A DNA stretch of 64,000 nt from Octopus sinensis (Eukaryota): the NCBI RefSeq assembly GCF_006345805.1, contig NW_021834418.1, positions 11,624-75,623 on the forward strand, given 5' to 3'. This document shows positions 1-11,572 of this stretch, one piece after another (within the stretch, counting starts at the first letter, position 1; each line of letters begins with the position of its first letter). A program made the position numbers and the translations under genes. The notes below the pieces were generated by a model that saw only the letters and a list, made by a program, of their open reading frames with translations, had not been told where the DNA came from and did no database searches.

Positions 1-509
1 AAAGCGACTTAGTAGTTCCCGGAAACCTGCATTAGGTATTCTATTTGGGTTCGAGCCAACATTATCCACGCGCGCATCTTGAATAACATTAAAGTCCCCT
101 AACAAAACTAATGGGTACGCCGTACCAAGAAACTTCTCTAGGTCTCGGAAATACTCAGACTGACCATTGTAGGGGGTGTAAATTGCCACCAGCCTGATTT
201 TCTTACCGCAACTTAAAGTCAGGTCGAAGACGACCAGCCTACCCTCTGGGTCACAAAAATTAACTTCTTCTCTGAAACCCGGTTTCTTTTTAGTAGGACC
301 AACACCCCCACACCCACCCGCCGGTGGACTGGAGAAATAAATTTCTCGTATCCGTCCAGGAGTGGGAGCAGTCCTCTTGATCCCTTTAACCGGGTTTCAG
401 TAGCAACAATGACATCCAAATTATGTGACATGACGTCGTTTAAGAAGCGACCTTGCTTCCATCCCGCCGTCAGGCCACGCACATTTAAACATCCAACGTG
501 AACTGCCAT
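1..509 (-). pseudogene. LINE ORF2 N-terminus, APE endonuclease domain, frameshifted near 220-250
   Basis: NVRGL, ETRL and GDFN motifs. Confidence 0.8.
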
Positions 510-527
510 AAGTCTTACCTCAATTTC

Positions 528-1765
528 TTATGTCTTCGCTAAAAGGCGGAGGTGGGTCCGCCTCTTTTTTTTTTTCTCGGCTCGTGGAGTCGTTTTAATT
601 AAGCCAACATCACTCCGATAGTCATTTGCTAGAACGTTGTAAGACGTGCTGTCTACGTGGTAGACTTCGAAACCGTCTTTAACGTTTTTGCATCCAGTTC
701 TTTTTAGTTTTTTAGTTTGAGGTTCGAACCGCCATATATAGAAATTCTTTTTCTCGTATTTCTTTTGTTTTTGATTTTTTGGCTTTTTCATGCCTTCTTT
801 GAGTTTGCATTTTTGCCAATGATTTAACATTTCTGTTTAATTTCCTTTTGCTACCAGCTCTCTTCCATTCCGTCTCTTCTTTATTTCCGCTCTCATTTTC
901 TTCTTCTGTGCTTTCTTCTGGTTTTCCATTCTCTGTAGTTTCATCTTCCGAGTCTTCTTCAATGTTGTTCTCCTCTTTTTCTTTTTCTTCACACCACTCT
1001 TGCATTCGGACCTAACATGGCCCTTCTTTCCACATTTAAAACATCTGGGTTTTCTACATTCCACCATGACTACTAACTTCGTACCCATTATATCTATGAC
1101 CTCTGGAATTTTTTCTAGGTCATAGGCTCTGCTTGGATCAGCATTTTTATTGTTTGGCCAAGCCTGACTTTGTCTTCTGTTACTTCCGCAGAAAGCAGTG
1201 TGATTTCTTCCTCTAGGTCATACAGTACTGCCGCTACTAGCCATTCGGCGTCCGCCTCCGGTGGTACACAGCTTATCTTTATTCGGGAGGTTCTCCTCCC
1301 CATATAAAATGGCAACAGTACTACCTCATCCGTTCGAAGAGGCTCCACAGAATACTTTTGCGCCTGTTCCACTGTTGACATCCTCACTTCAACAGCTGCA
1401 TATCTTTTTCCTCTGGCCAAATATGTGATGTTATTCCAAATTGGCCTTAAATATTTTTCTACACTTCTGTCATTGACATAGTTAATTTTTTTCTGTTCAA
1501 CATTGTATGTTTTGAAAATTACAGTCCTTTCGAGTACATCTTTAATGATGCTATGAGGAGGGACCACCTTTATTTCGGTCCCTTCTTTTGTTAACAGCTC
1601 TCGGTTTGCCTTCAAATTGGTTGTATCAATTTTCCTTGAGTTTCCTCCGGCGGCAGCCGCAAAGCTCCTTATTGGCTCTTCTAATATCCTTCTGCTCACT
1701 ACAGAATCCTTACTGGCACTTGGCACTGGAGATACACTCTCCCTACGAGCGACAGTACCTTCCAC
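528..1765 (-). pseudogene. LINE ORF1 (gag-like, CCHC zinc knuckle, acidic/basic tail), split over several frames
   Basis: Consecutive ORFs 1115-1765, 837-1088, 712-1005 and 528-830 lie directly upstream of the endonuclease ORF. Confidence 0.75.
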
Positions 1766-1929
1766 TATGTAAAAACACTAATAAAGAAAGTAAAACGTTT
1801 CCCCGCAAGGGGGAATTAAAACAAATTTTGCTTCAAAACAAGCAATAAATAGTCCCTTTTTTCAAATTATAATAATCGAATTTAACTGTAACAGACATAA
1901 AATTTTAACATTGTACACTGCATAATAAG

Positions 1930-2480
1930 CGACATTATTAAGAAACATGCGTCTCCATCCGACTTCGATAGGAAAATGTTCCACTTTCCAGCCTGCGTCT
2001 TCACATTCCTCAAGGTTTTCATAACGGTTCAATTTTCGAGACCGAGCGGCGTCCATATTATCGTCATCAGGAACTGTTAGCTCGACTATATTTACAACTT
2101 TCTTTCACACCACATCAAAATATCTGTATTTTTCGAAACTGGGATGGGAAAGAAAACCTGGCACCCAGGTAAATCTGCAGTTACCTCTCAATAGCCGTTC
2201 CACTTTTCATTTCTCTCAGGATGTTTCTTGATCTTCTTCTTGAAACAAATCCGCTGACCTGGTCGCACGATGGTAATGAAATCGCTTGATGGTACTTTTA
2301 ACGGTTTTTCCTCAGTGTTGTTGAGATGAATTTGGTTCATTATAGCATTGAAGATAACCTTAAGGACCAAGTTGTGCCTCCATGTGTACCTGTTCAATGC
2401 TAATGAACAGTTGGAAAGAATACGTGTTAGCGTACCGACCTTTCTACATTTGCAGATGTCATTCTCTAAGATGTTCCATC
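1930..2480 (-). mobile_element. C-terminal fragment of a restriction-like-endonuclease non-LTR retrotransposon (HERO/NeSL/R2-type)
   Basis: CKC...GTLTRILSNCSLALNRYTWRHNLVL (degenerate CCHC plus RHN motif), followed by IVELTVPDDDNMDAARSRKLNRY...GWKVEHFPIEVG. Confidence 0.8.
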
Positions 2481-2639
2481 TTTGAAACAGGTGATATGGG
2501 AAAGTGCAACATTGACAACAAAACATTTGTAGAGTAAATGCTGGGCTAATTCGACTAAGCAACATGCTATGCGTCCGTTTGGAGTGTTTCAGGCCCTAAC
2601 CTGTCATGCAAAATTGAAGGTGGGGTTTGTGTGATGTTT

Positions 2640-3015
2640 GAACGCACCGAAAAGCTGTCAGTGGATATACTCTCCTTTGCAGCAGTGTGCGCTGTGTCTA
2701 ACACGACCCATCATCGTAAATTTTAGCACCACACGTCTGGTTTGTTGTCCTACATCAGTCATAGAGTAAATTTGGATGAACTGTGGTTGTTCATTCGCGG
2801 GTACCAGGAAATCAATGAGGGGATAGACTTGCCCTTGAACTTTGACGTCGGCGTAAATTCATGTTTATCTATCTTCTTAGATTCACCAAACGATGTCATT
2901 TGAAATGCAGAGTTGTATTGTCTGATATTGTTCAAAAATCCTTTAACTAGATTGAAGCGCCTTCTAGAAGATTCCTAAGGTGTTGAGATTGTAGTGTTGG
3001 CAATGATACCTGTCC
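2640..3015 (-). mobile_element. Helitron Rep/helicase N-terminal fragment in intron 1 (copy A)
   Basis: Homologous to 34130-34510, which translates FLNNIRQYNSAFQMTSFG. Confidence 0.7.
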
Positions 3016-3110
3016 GAATATGTTGTCATCTATTGCATTGTTTTAAGTTCTAAACGATAATAAATACCTTGACGTTCTATTTATGTGATGCTATTTCTAT
3101 TTTTTTACAG

Positions 3111-3162
3111 AATCGTTTCATCTCCAAGAAATCTCTCGACGATAAACCTGATGACACACCAA
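3111..3162 (+). CDS. Exon 2 of short-chain collagen C4-like gene, copy A (52 nt, NRFISKKSLDDKPDDTP)
   Basis: Polypyrimidine tract with ttacag acceptor and gtaag donor. Near-identical in six places in the window. Confidence 0.75.
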
Positions 3163-3404
3163 GTAAGAACTAATTTTATAGCTAAAGTCATTGACCCGTG
3201 TCTCTTGAGTCATGGTTTATAATTTCACGAACTTTGAATTAGTTCCACATTACTATCCACATGTCCACAATAGTATATACTAAGACACTTGCCTGAATTT
3301 ATTTCGAAATATATTCTACTTTACAATAATTTCCTAAATAAAATGTTACTCTAATATACAATGCCATTTATTGTGTATATGAGTATATATGCAGTGCTAC
3401 GTCG

Positions 3405-5016
3405 ATAATTGTACCAAGCAGCATGTCGTCTACTAATAACAGTCGACCGATCACGTAGAGATGAATTAGGATACCTCTACCACAATGGCTGCGCATATTC
3501 AACCAGATCACAAAAAAGAATGTGAGAAGGGGCACTAACAATGCACACTTCAACTAAGTGAAACCTTCACGTTGAAAACTTTCGACTTGTACATAAATAC
3601 AATAATTTGAACATCCATATAAGTACTTTATGGCAACCAGTATTTGCCCATTAAACTCACCTTCCTGGTAAACCATCCACAACATTCCCCAGGGCATGTG
3701 ATCGTGTGCCTTTTCGTGGTTTACATCGTCTAAACCTTGCAACTGGAAGATCTGTCTTTGAATGACTATCTGGTCAGGTGTACCGCGTGTCGGACGGTAA
3801 TATTGGGCGCGACGTTTTCCCTACATATCTTTTCCTGACATCACGTGTAGACTTTTCTATAATTAGAACACACTCTTTGATCTTTTTTTGAAAAAATTGT
3901 GATTGTCACCCCGTATTACCATTGCCTTGGTGTTTTTTCCAGAGGTCCCATCCACCTAGCATATATGGGTCACTCAGAGAATACCATCTGTATTTAAGGT
4001 TTCTAAAATATCAAGCCGAACGTGTTTTCACCAGCAGCTTTACCACTTTTAAGTGAGTTTAGCTCAAATAAGCGTTCAACCGAAGAAGAACCTGCCGAAT
4101 AAAATATACAATCACGAATCATTTCGATGTCCAAATTCATTCCGGATGGTCACTCTCAATTTGGATGCAAAAGTCTCCACATTTTCGCTTCTGATCCCAG
4201 CATCCTCTGCGGTTCCAACTGTATTCTGTAGGTCGCACTGGACTTACCAATTTCCAGTGTTCGACAGATTGTAGGAATGTTCAGGTTTTCAGACATTTAG
4301 GTAGTGACGAGTTGACAACTCCGCCCCTTCCTTTTACCCGAAAGTTCAGCAAAGAGTGAAAGAGGACCGAAATCTATCACAAACCTCTGTCACCAAGTAT
4401 TTCTCTACCAGGCACCCTTATAAATATCCCTGTCTTAAAATAATATCTATACCATAGAGAGGAGAGTGTGTATCCTGCACTGAAGGCTGCTATGACCTCT
4501 CCATTAAGTTCACTGACGACATTCCTTCCAATCAATCCTTCTCACGGTTATCAGTGCCAAGGTGTGCACTGCAGTTTCCTTGCAGGACAAATGACTTTGC
4601 CCCAAATATATCTAAAGCTGAGGTGAATTTGCTTAAGAAGAATTTGTATTTGACCCCGTTGTTTGCTGCATATACTTACAGCAGCCACAGTGGTCCTTCA
4701 TATTCAGCCTTAGCTTCAAGAGGTGAACACTCACACCTAGTAGGTTTCACTCAATAATACAATCCGAAAGCTGGAGATTGAGAGTATCCTAATCCCACCT
4801 GTGCAGACATTGCTGGCACCACAGTTGCGTAGTGGAGTTTCAAGCCTATATCCAGGTGTACGCTATCGGAGAAAGGAAATTTTGTAGAGGAGACACCGAT
4901 TATATCTTACAGGCAGATTATATCTAACAATTTTGACGTTTTAATTCTCAATTATTAAAGGTTGTTCCCTTCTTGATCTGCTTTGTCGTCCTGAGACCGT
5001 CAATATTGTGCTCCCA
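3405..5016 (-). mobile_element. Ancient degenerate RTE-like LINE in intron 2 (copy A)
   Basis: RT remnants RLLLVDDM and KAHDHMPWGML. Paralogous copies show LLFADD and the endonuclease motif GDFSAHLG. Confidence 0.75.
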
Positions 5017-5060
5017 TCAAAAACGGTAAGTCATGGATTTTTTTGTTAACATATATTTAT
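5016..5060 (+). pseudogene. Remnant of the exon 1 3' end and its splice donor (copy B)
   Basis: atcaaaaacg|gtaagtcatggatttt matches the exon 1 end atcgaaaacg|gtaagtcatggatttt at 15834-15859. Confidence 0.75.
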
Positions 5061-5139
5061 GTCTGTATGCATGTATTTATTTAGGTATGTATGTGTGCTT
5101 GTGTGTGAATATGTGTGTATGTATTATGTATGTGTGCGC

Positions 5140-5607
5140 AGTTAGGGCGCAGTTTAAGCTATCTTTTCGTGTAAGAAGGTTTATGTTCCTATAACAGGTG
5201 TTAATTTTGTAACACTTTAAAATGCAAGATAAGAAAGTTCATTTTCGGCACTTGATGCTTTGGGAACCAGACAAAAATTGCTGCAGCTCGGCTGGCATGT
5301 ATTACTCCATCTCTCCATATTCACCAGATATTGCACCTTCGGATTTCCACTTATTCAGGCCTTTGCAGAATAGTTTTAATGGTAAAAATTTTAATTCCTT
5401 GAATGACGTAAAAAGATACCTCGATGAATTCTTTGCCATGAAACCACCTCAATTCTGGAAAGAGGGTATTTTCAAGTTAAAGGAAAGATGGAGAAGCATA
5501 GTGCAACAAAATGGTTCATATTTGGTTGTTTAAAAATGCAATGGCAAGTATTTATTGGCCCTTTATATTCCTTTAAAAATCGGCACGAGCTTTCCAGGCA
5601 ACCCAAT
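5140..5607 (+). mobile_element. Internally deleted mariner (Mos1-like) element
   Basis: PYSPDIAPSDFHLFRPLQNS...GIFKLKERWRSIVQQNGSY motif. Right TIR-like end ctttccaggcaacccaata followed by TA. No left TIR seen. Confidence 0.9.
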
Positions 5608-5734
5608 ATAAATACATATATATATATGTATATATGTATACATATATATATATACATATATATATATAAACACATACACACAAACATATGTTATATATAT
5701 GTATAAACATATACATATATATATATATATATCA

Positions 5735-5765
<31 letters not shown>

Positions 5766-6867
5766 ATTTTTATACACTTACATATATACATCTACATATA
5801 CACACTATATTTAAGGAGTGAATAACCAGTTTATATAGCACCCGTGTACAAAATATCTAATCCTCATCCCTTTCGTATGCAGTCAATTTATAACCTACAA
5901 TATGTTCCCAAACATTTTTCTTACAAACCTTAATATGTTGACCTTCGAGCTTCAATCCGGAATATTATTCACCAGTGCTAGAAATGCCCGACTCTTCAGT
6001 GATCATGATGGATAACTATACTAAACAATATCAAGGCAATAGAGCTTTGGCATAAATTCAAACTACTTTTAAATATTGCATCCTATTGCCTTGACAGATT
6101 CTCCTAAGGTCGCAGTGGAAAAGTCCTACAGCGTATTAGGACGCCGTACATGAAAGGTTGGCGTCGGGCTTTCTTGTGCGTCAGCAGAATGCGCAAGTCT
6201 ACGTTTATAGTAATCTTCAAACTACCAGCGATTTTAGATAGCAAAATTAGTCTACTCTTGACAATGAACAGGGATATTAGCTGTTTATGTAATGTGTATG
6301 CTTTGCCATATACAAGCATGAAATAATGAAATACCAGATTCACAGAAAGGCATGCAGTTCCAGCAAACCTCCAAGATGTAAAACGATATAATAGATTTGG
6401 TAGAATGGACAATGTCGACGTCACCCACATCTTCATAAAATGCTGCCCGAAAATGTTGTCATGTATTGCATTCTTTTCAGTTCTAAACGATAATATACAC
6501 TCTCTATTTTTCCACAGAACCGTGTCATCTCCAAGAAATCTCTCGACGATAAACCTGATGACACCCCAAGTAAGAACTAATTTTATATTGTATAAGACAA
6601 TAACTTTGAAGAAATGTCAGGAATGAGATTAAATATTATAAAGTATCCAGCTTCCAGTTCTACAGTGTTCCAAAGTCATTCACCCGTGTCTCCTTAACGA
6701 TTTATAATTTCACCAAAGTTGAATTGTCTCTACATCACTATTCATATTTCTTCAGTAATATATACTAAGATACTAGTCAAAATTTCTTTTAAAATACATT
6801 TTTCTTTGCAATAATTTCCTTAATAAAATGTTACTCTGTTATACTATGACATTAATTGTGTGTATAT

Positions 6868-6911
<44 letters not shown>

Positions 6912-6914
6912 CGC

Positions 6915-8885
6915 TACGTCGATAAGTGTACCAACTATTGTTCGTCTGAGAATCGAATGCCCGACCTAGCGCATCAATGCGTTTATATCTAGAATTTAGC
7001 AATCTGTTCAGTCTTGTGCTTCCAATCACTCGTGAATAGATTCCCGAAGTAACGATGTTCCACTTTCCTGCAGAGTGTGTGTTAGTCATCCCTGTCTTGG
7101 AGCACTCGGCAGCCAACCCATTCAATGCTTGTCGAAAGTGAACATGACATGAGTCAGATAGCTGCATGTCGTCTGCAAATAGCAGTCGACCGACCCCATA
7201 CAGACGAAATGAGATACTTCTTCTAAAATGGCTCAACCAGATCATAAGAAATGTGAGAAGAAGCACTAACAATACGCTCTGCTATTGAAGTCGAAACTCC
7301 AAGTTGAAAACATTCGGCTTTTGCACAAATACAAACATTTGGACATCCGTACGAGTATTTTACGGTAAAAAGAATTTGCCCAATAATCCCACCTTCCTGG
7401 TAAACCATCCGCAACATGCCCCACGGCACGTGGTCTACAGCGTATTCCCCTTGGAATTATTTCAACGTTTTCTCGAAGATCTGCCTTCGAACGAATATCT
7501 GGTCGGGTGTACTGTATCCAGGACAGTAGTCCTGGACGCGACTATTTCCCAACGTAACTTTTCTAGACATGTAGTGTAGACTTTGTCTTAAAAAAATCTG
7601 CGATTATTACCCCGGATTGACATTGCCCTCGTGTTTTCCCTGATGCCCCATTCCACCTAGCATACATGGGTCACTCAAGGAATACCATGTGTATTTAAGG
7701 GTTTAAAATTATCAAGACGAACGTATTTCTCTCCAGCAGCCTTATCACTTTTCAGTGACTTTAGTTCGACAAAAATAATACAATCACTAATCGATTTCGA
7801 TGCCCAAGTTTATTCATGTGGGTCTCTCTCAATTTGGATGCAATATTATCCACAAATTTGTTTCTTATTCCATCATCCACTACTGCTTTCAACTTTATTC
7901 TGTAGGTCGCACTGGACTTACCAATTTACTAGGTTCTCCCAACTGTAGGCATCTTCCGGTTTCAGACATCTTGGTAGTGGTCAGTTGACAACTCTCCCCA
8001 CTACTTATAGCCCGATCGTCCAGCACAGACTCAAAGAGGACTGAGACGACAACAACATCTATCAAGAATTTCTGTCACTAAGCATTTCTATTCCAAGTAC
8101 CCTTATAAACAACCGTCTTAAAACGATATCTATATCATAGAGTGTCCAGAAGACTAATATGGCCACCACATTAAGTTGTGTGACGCCATTCCACCCAATC
8201 AATACTTCTTGCGGTTATCAGCGCCAAAGTGTGCACAGAAGTCTCCTTGTAAGACAAATGACTTTACCCCAAATATATCCAAAGCTGCAGTGAATTTGTT
8301 AAGGAAGCATTTGTATTTGGCCTCGCTATTGGGTGCATTTACTTCCAGCAGCTACACCACTCCTTCATTCTGCTTGAGCTTCAGGAGATATCCCTTAATA
8401 CCTAGTGGGATTCACTCCATAATCCAATCCGAAAGCCAGGGATTGTGAGCATCCCACTTCCGCCTGTGCTGACATAGTTGGCACCACACCTGCACGGTGG
8501 AGTTTCCAACCTAATTCCAAGTGTGCGCCTCCGAAGCAATGAAGCTTTCTTGAGGAGACTGATTATATATAACAGGCAACGTTTTGTCTCGTCCGGTTTT
8601 GACAGTCAAATTCTCAATTATGAACGGATGATCCCTTCTGGACCGGCTTCGGTGACATGGAACACACATATTTTGTTTTCCCTTCCCATGCATCCCAATT
8701 TGAGTTGGGTGGAGACTGAAAAATATTTCCCAAATGGACTCCTTCATCCAAGATCCGGACGCAAATGCTGTTATCCCTCTCCATGAATGACGCGTTATGG
8801 CTATTCCTTCGAGCCCTTTGCATATTGTAGCTATGATGGCCTGATTCACGCCAAGCACCAACCTGATATTTGTAATTGACCAATC
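6915..8885 (-). mobile_element. Ancient degenerate RTE-like LINE in intron 2 (copy B, diverged version)
   Basis: GRLLFADDMQL...RQALNGLAAECSKTGM (RT motif). Colinear with 3405-5016. Confidence 0.75.
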
Positions 8886-10765
8886 CAGTACCAAGAATTG
8901 ATAATATGGCCTACATATCTATAAAAGACTTTATCATTATTACGGTCACAAATATATATATATACTCACATCCAAGTTCAACACAAAACAAACATCCGTT
9001 CTTAAGGAGCCAAATACACATTCTGATATTCTGAGATTAATCTCTCAATTCGTTGACATCAACGTCAACAACAGGCTCAATAGACAAATGACTTATTTTC
9101 TTCGTTTAAAATTTATTCTTAGCGAATCATTTACTTCTTTCATTCTGATTTTCATTCATTCACTCATTCTTTTTCTCTTAAATTCTAAATGTCTCTCCTC
9201 TCTATCAATTCCTTCCAAGCCAACAACTTCCTTTGTATAGGATTCAAGAATTCTTTCTTTTAAACTAAATTGTTTCATTTTAATTTCACAGAACCTGGTC
9301 CGGATCATTGTATACTCGGTGGGGCAGAACTACTTGTCCTACTAATTCAAGCCTTGTATATGACGGTTAGTATAAACTATACTTCTGTTCTCTCTTTCTC
9401 TCTTTATCTTTCTCTTCTTCTCTTTTTATTCCTTCATTTTCTCTTTCTGTCGTCTCTCTCCCTCCCCGTCTCTCTCACGCACACGCCCACACACTCAAGC
9501 AAATCATTTGATGACATATCACGTTTGAAACGATACCTATAGACCCTATAGAGTCTGCACAAGACTGCTTACTCCTTTGTAGGTATTTGGTCAAATCAGA
9601 ATTTTAAATGTTGTCTACTACGGACCAAGTGAAAAGGCGGTTGTCTAACTACAGAATATAGATATCTCTACGTTAAGTTATAGATAGGACTAGACGGGAA
9701 TCCAGTATAGCGATCAAGGACTCCTGGCTGACTTGTATGGAGTGTAGATATCAAATACCGAGGCTGCTGACCGGTGATCAAGTGTAATGGCTACGGATGG
9801 TGGTATTGTACGTGAGTGACCAGAGCTGAAAAGTGGCCACTTGACTATCTTTAACTAGAGTGCCCAATGATCGTAGGTGTGGGCTAAATTGAATAGAGTC
9901 TATTAGAATTGATGACAGTGACTGTAAATGGTTAATGGAATGAACGTACAATGTAGAATGAGGACTGGACAAGCCACATACTGTAACTGATGGAAAAAGC
10001 TAAGGACTGTATTCATTAAGTAAAATAGAGAGAGACTAAATATTAGTGAGAGAACACAACAGAGTACAGAATGCACTTCTATTCTTCTCCGCCTCACCGA
10101 AATCGTCCTATCGCTAAAACCTTGCTCTTTTCATGCACCACATCACCTCATTAATTATCCAGTATATCTTTGTAAGGTAATTCCGAAACTTCCATTCAAA
10201 ACTGCTGCTACAAACTGCGTCCCCAATCAACCTTACGTTCCTTAAAAATGCTCTGAATCTGCTCTTTATAAACCCTACACGTATCCTTTTTCGGTCGCCC
10301 ACTTCGCCGTCCATTATCTTAAACACTACGACCCATTACTGAACCTCACAATTTTTCCTCCCACCTCGTTTCTGTGTATTGCATGAAAAAAAGTCTGTGT
10401 GATCATAACGTCTTTGTAAGCCTGATTCGTCCGAGTCTAAACGAGAGGTTTAGCCACTGAGTCTCGTATGATCGACTAAAACACATTTCATCGACGATTA
10501 CCCACCACTTCTCTGCATCTCGTCGTCTCCCGTATTGTCCTACTCAAACCACCAACAATTTCCACCACCCAAAATATCCCCGTTCACACGTGAACATCTT
10601 TTCCATTTCGGATAAACACGAGTGCATGCGTTATAAAATATCTTTCTTTTCTCCATCTATTGACATCCACCGAAAAACACCTACCCCATGCAAACATAAA
10701 TAATAATCCGAGTCGTAACCACAAATACTTACCCGTATACATATAACATATATATACATATATTA

Positions 10766-11165
10766 GGCGCAGGAGTGGCTGTGTGGTAAGTAGCTTGCTT
10801 ACCAACCACATGGTTCTGGGTTCAGTACCACTGCGTGGCATCTTGGGCAAGTGTCTTCTGCTTAGCCTCGGGCCGCCCAATGCCTTGTTAGTGGATTTGA
10901 TAGACGGAAATGAAAGAAGCCTGTGGAATATATGTATATATATATATATTTGTGTGTGTGTATATGTTTGTGTGTCTGTGTTTGTCCCCCACCATCGCTT
11001 GACAACCGATTCTGGTGTGTTTACGTCCCCGTCACTTAGCCTTTCGGCAAAAAGAGATCGATAGAATAAGTACTGGGCTCACAAAGAATAAGTCCCGGGG
11101 TCGATATGCTCGACTAAAGGCGGTGCTCCAGAATGGCCGCTGTCAAATGACTGAAACAAGTAAAA
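10766..11165 (+). mobile_element. tRNA-derived SINE (family 1) in a TA tract
   Basis: Head ggcgcaggagtggctgtgtggtaag...ggttcagtacc with A/B-box-like motifs. Near-identical copies at 21298 and 50944. Confidence 0.85.
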
Positions 11166-11199
11166 TAAAAAAGGTATATATATATATATATATAAATAA

Positions 11200-11253
<54 letters not shown>

Positions 11254-11528
11254 ACCAGTTATCATATAATCTTAATATCCGACAAATATATTTGGTAGAC
11301 GAAAATAAGAATGTCGTATAATGTATATATATAATATATATATGTCTGTGTTGTCCCTAGCATTGCTTGACAAATGCTGTGTGTTTACGTCCCCGTCACT
11401 AGCGGTTGCAAAAGAGACCGATAGAATAAGTACTGGGCTTACAAAGAATAAGTCGATTGCCGACTAAAGGCGGTGCTCCAGCATCAGTCAAAACTGAAAC
11501 AGTTAAAGAGTATATATTATATATATAT

Positions 11529-11572
<44 letters not shown>

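Larger units (their letters stand above)
1..1860 (-). mobile_element. 5' part of an L1/Tx1-like non-LTR retrotransposon (ORF1 with zinc knuckle, then start of ORF2 APE endonuclease); runs off the window
   Basis: ORF1 pieces at 1765-528 include the CCHC knuckle CFKCGKKGHVRSEC. ORF2 from 509 reads CLNVRGL...DVIVATETRL...GVGVLV, then after a frameshift IRLVAIYTP...LLGDFNVI, which are APE endonuclease motifs. Confidence 0.85.

Noticed and set aside
3111-3140. Possible furin shedding site in the linker (RFISKKS)
   Set aside because: It does not match R-X-K/R-R, so cleavage cannot be claimed.
11344-11510. Degenerate second copy of the SINE 3' half
   Set aside because: It is riddled with small deletions and lies between TA runs. 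Probably a local slippage duplicate or consensus artefact.
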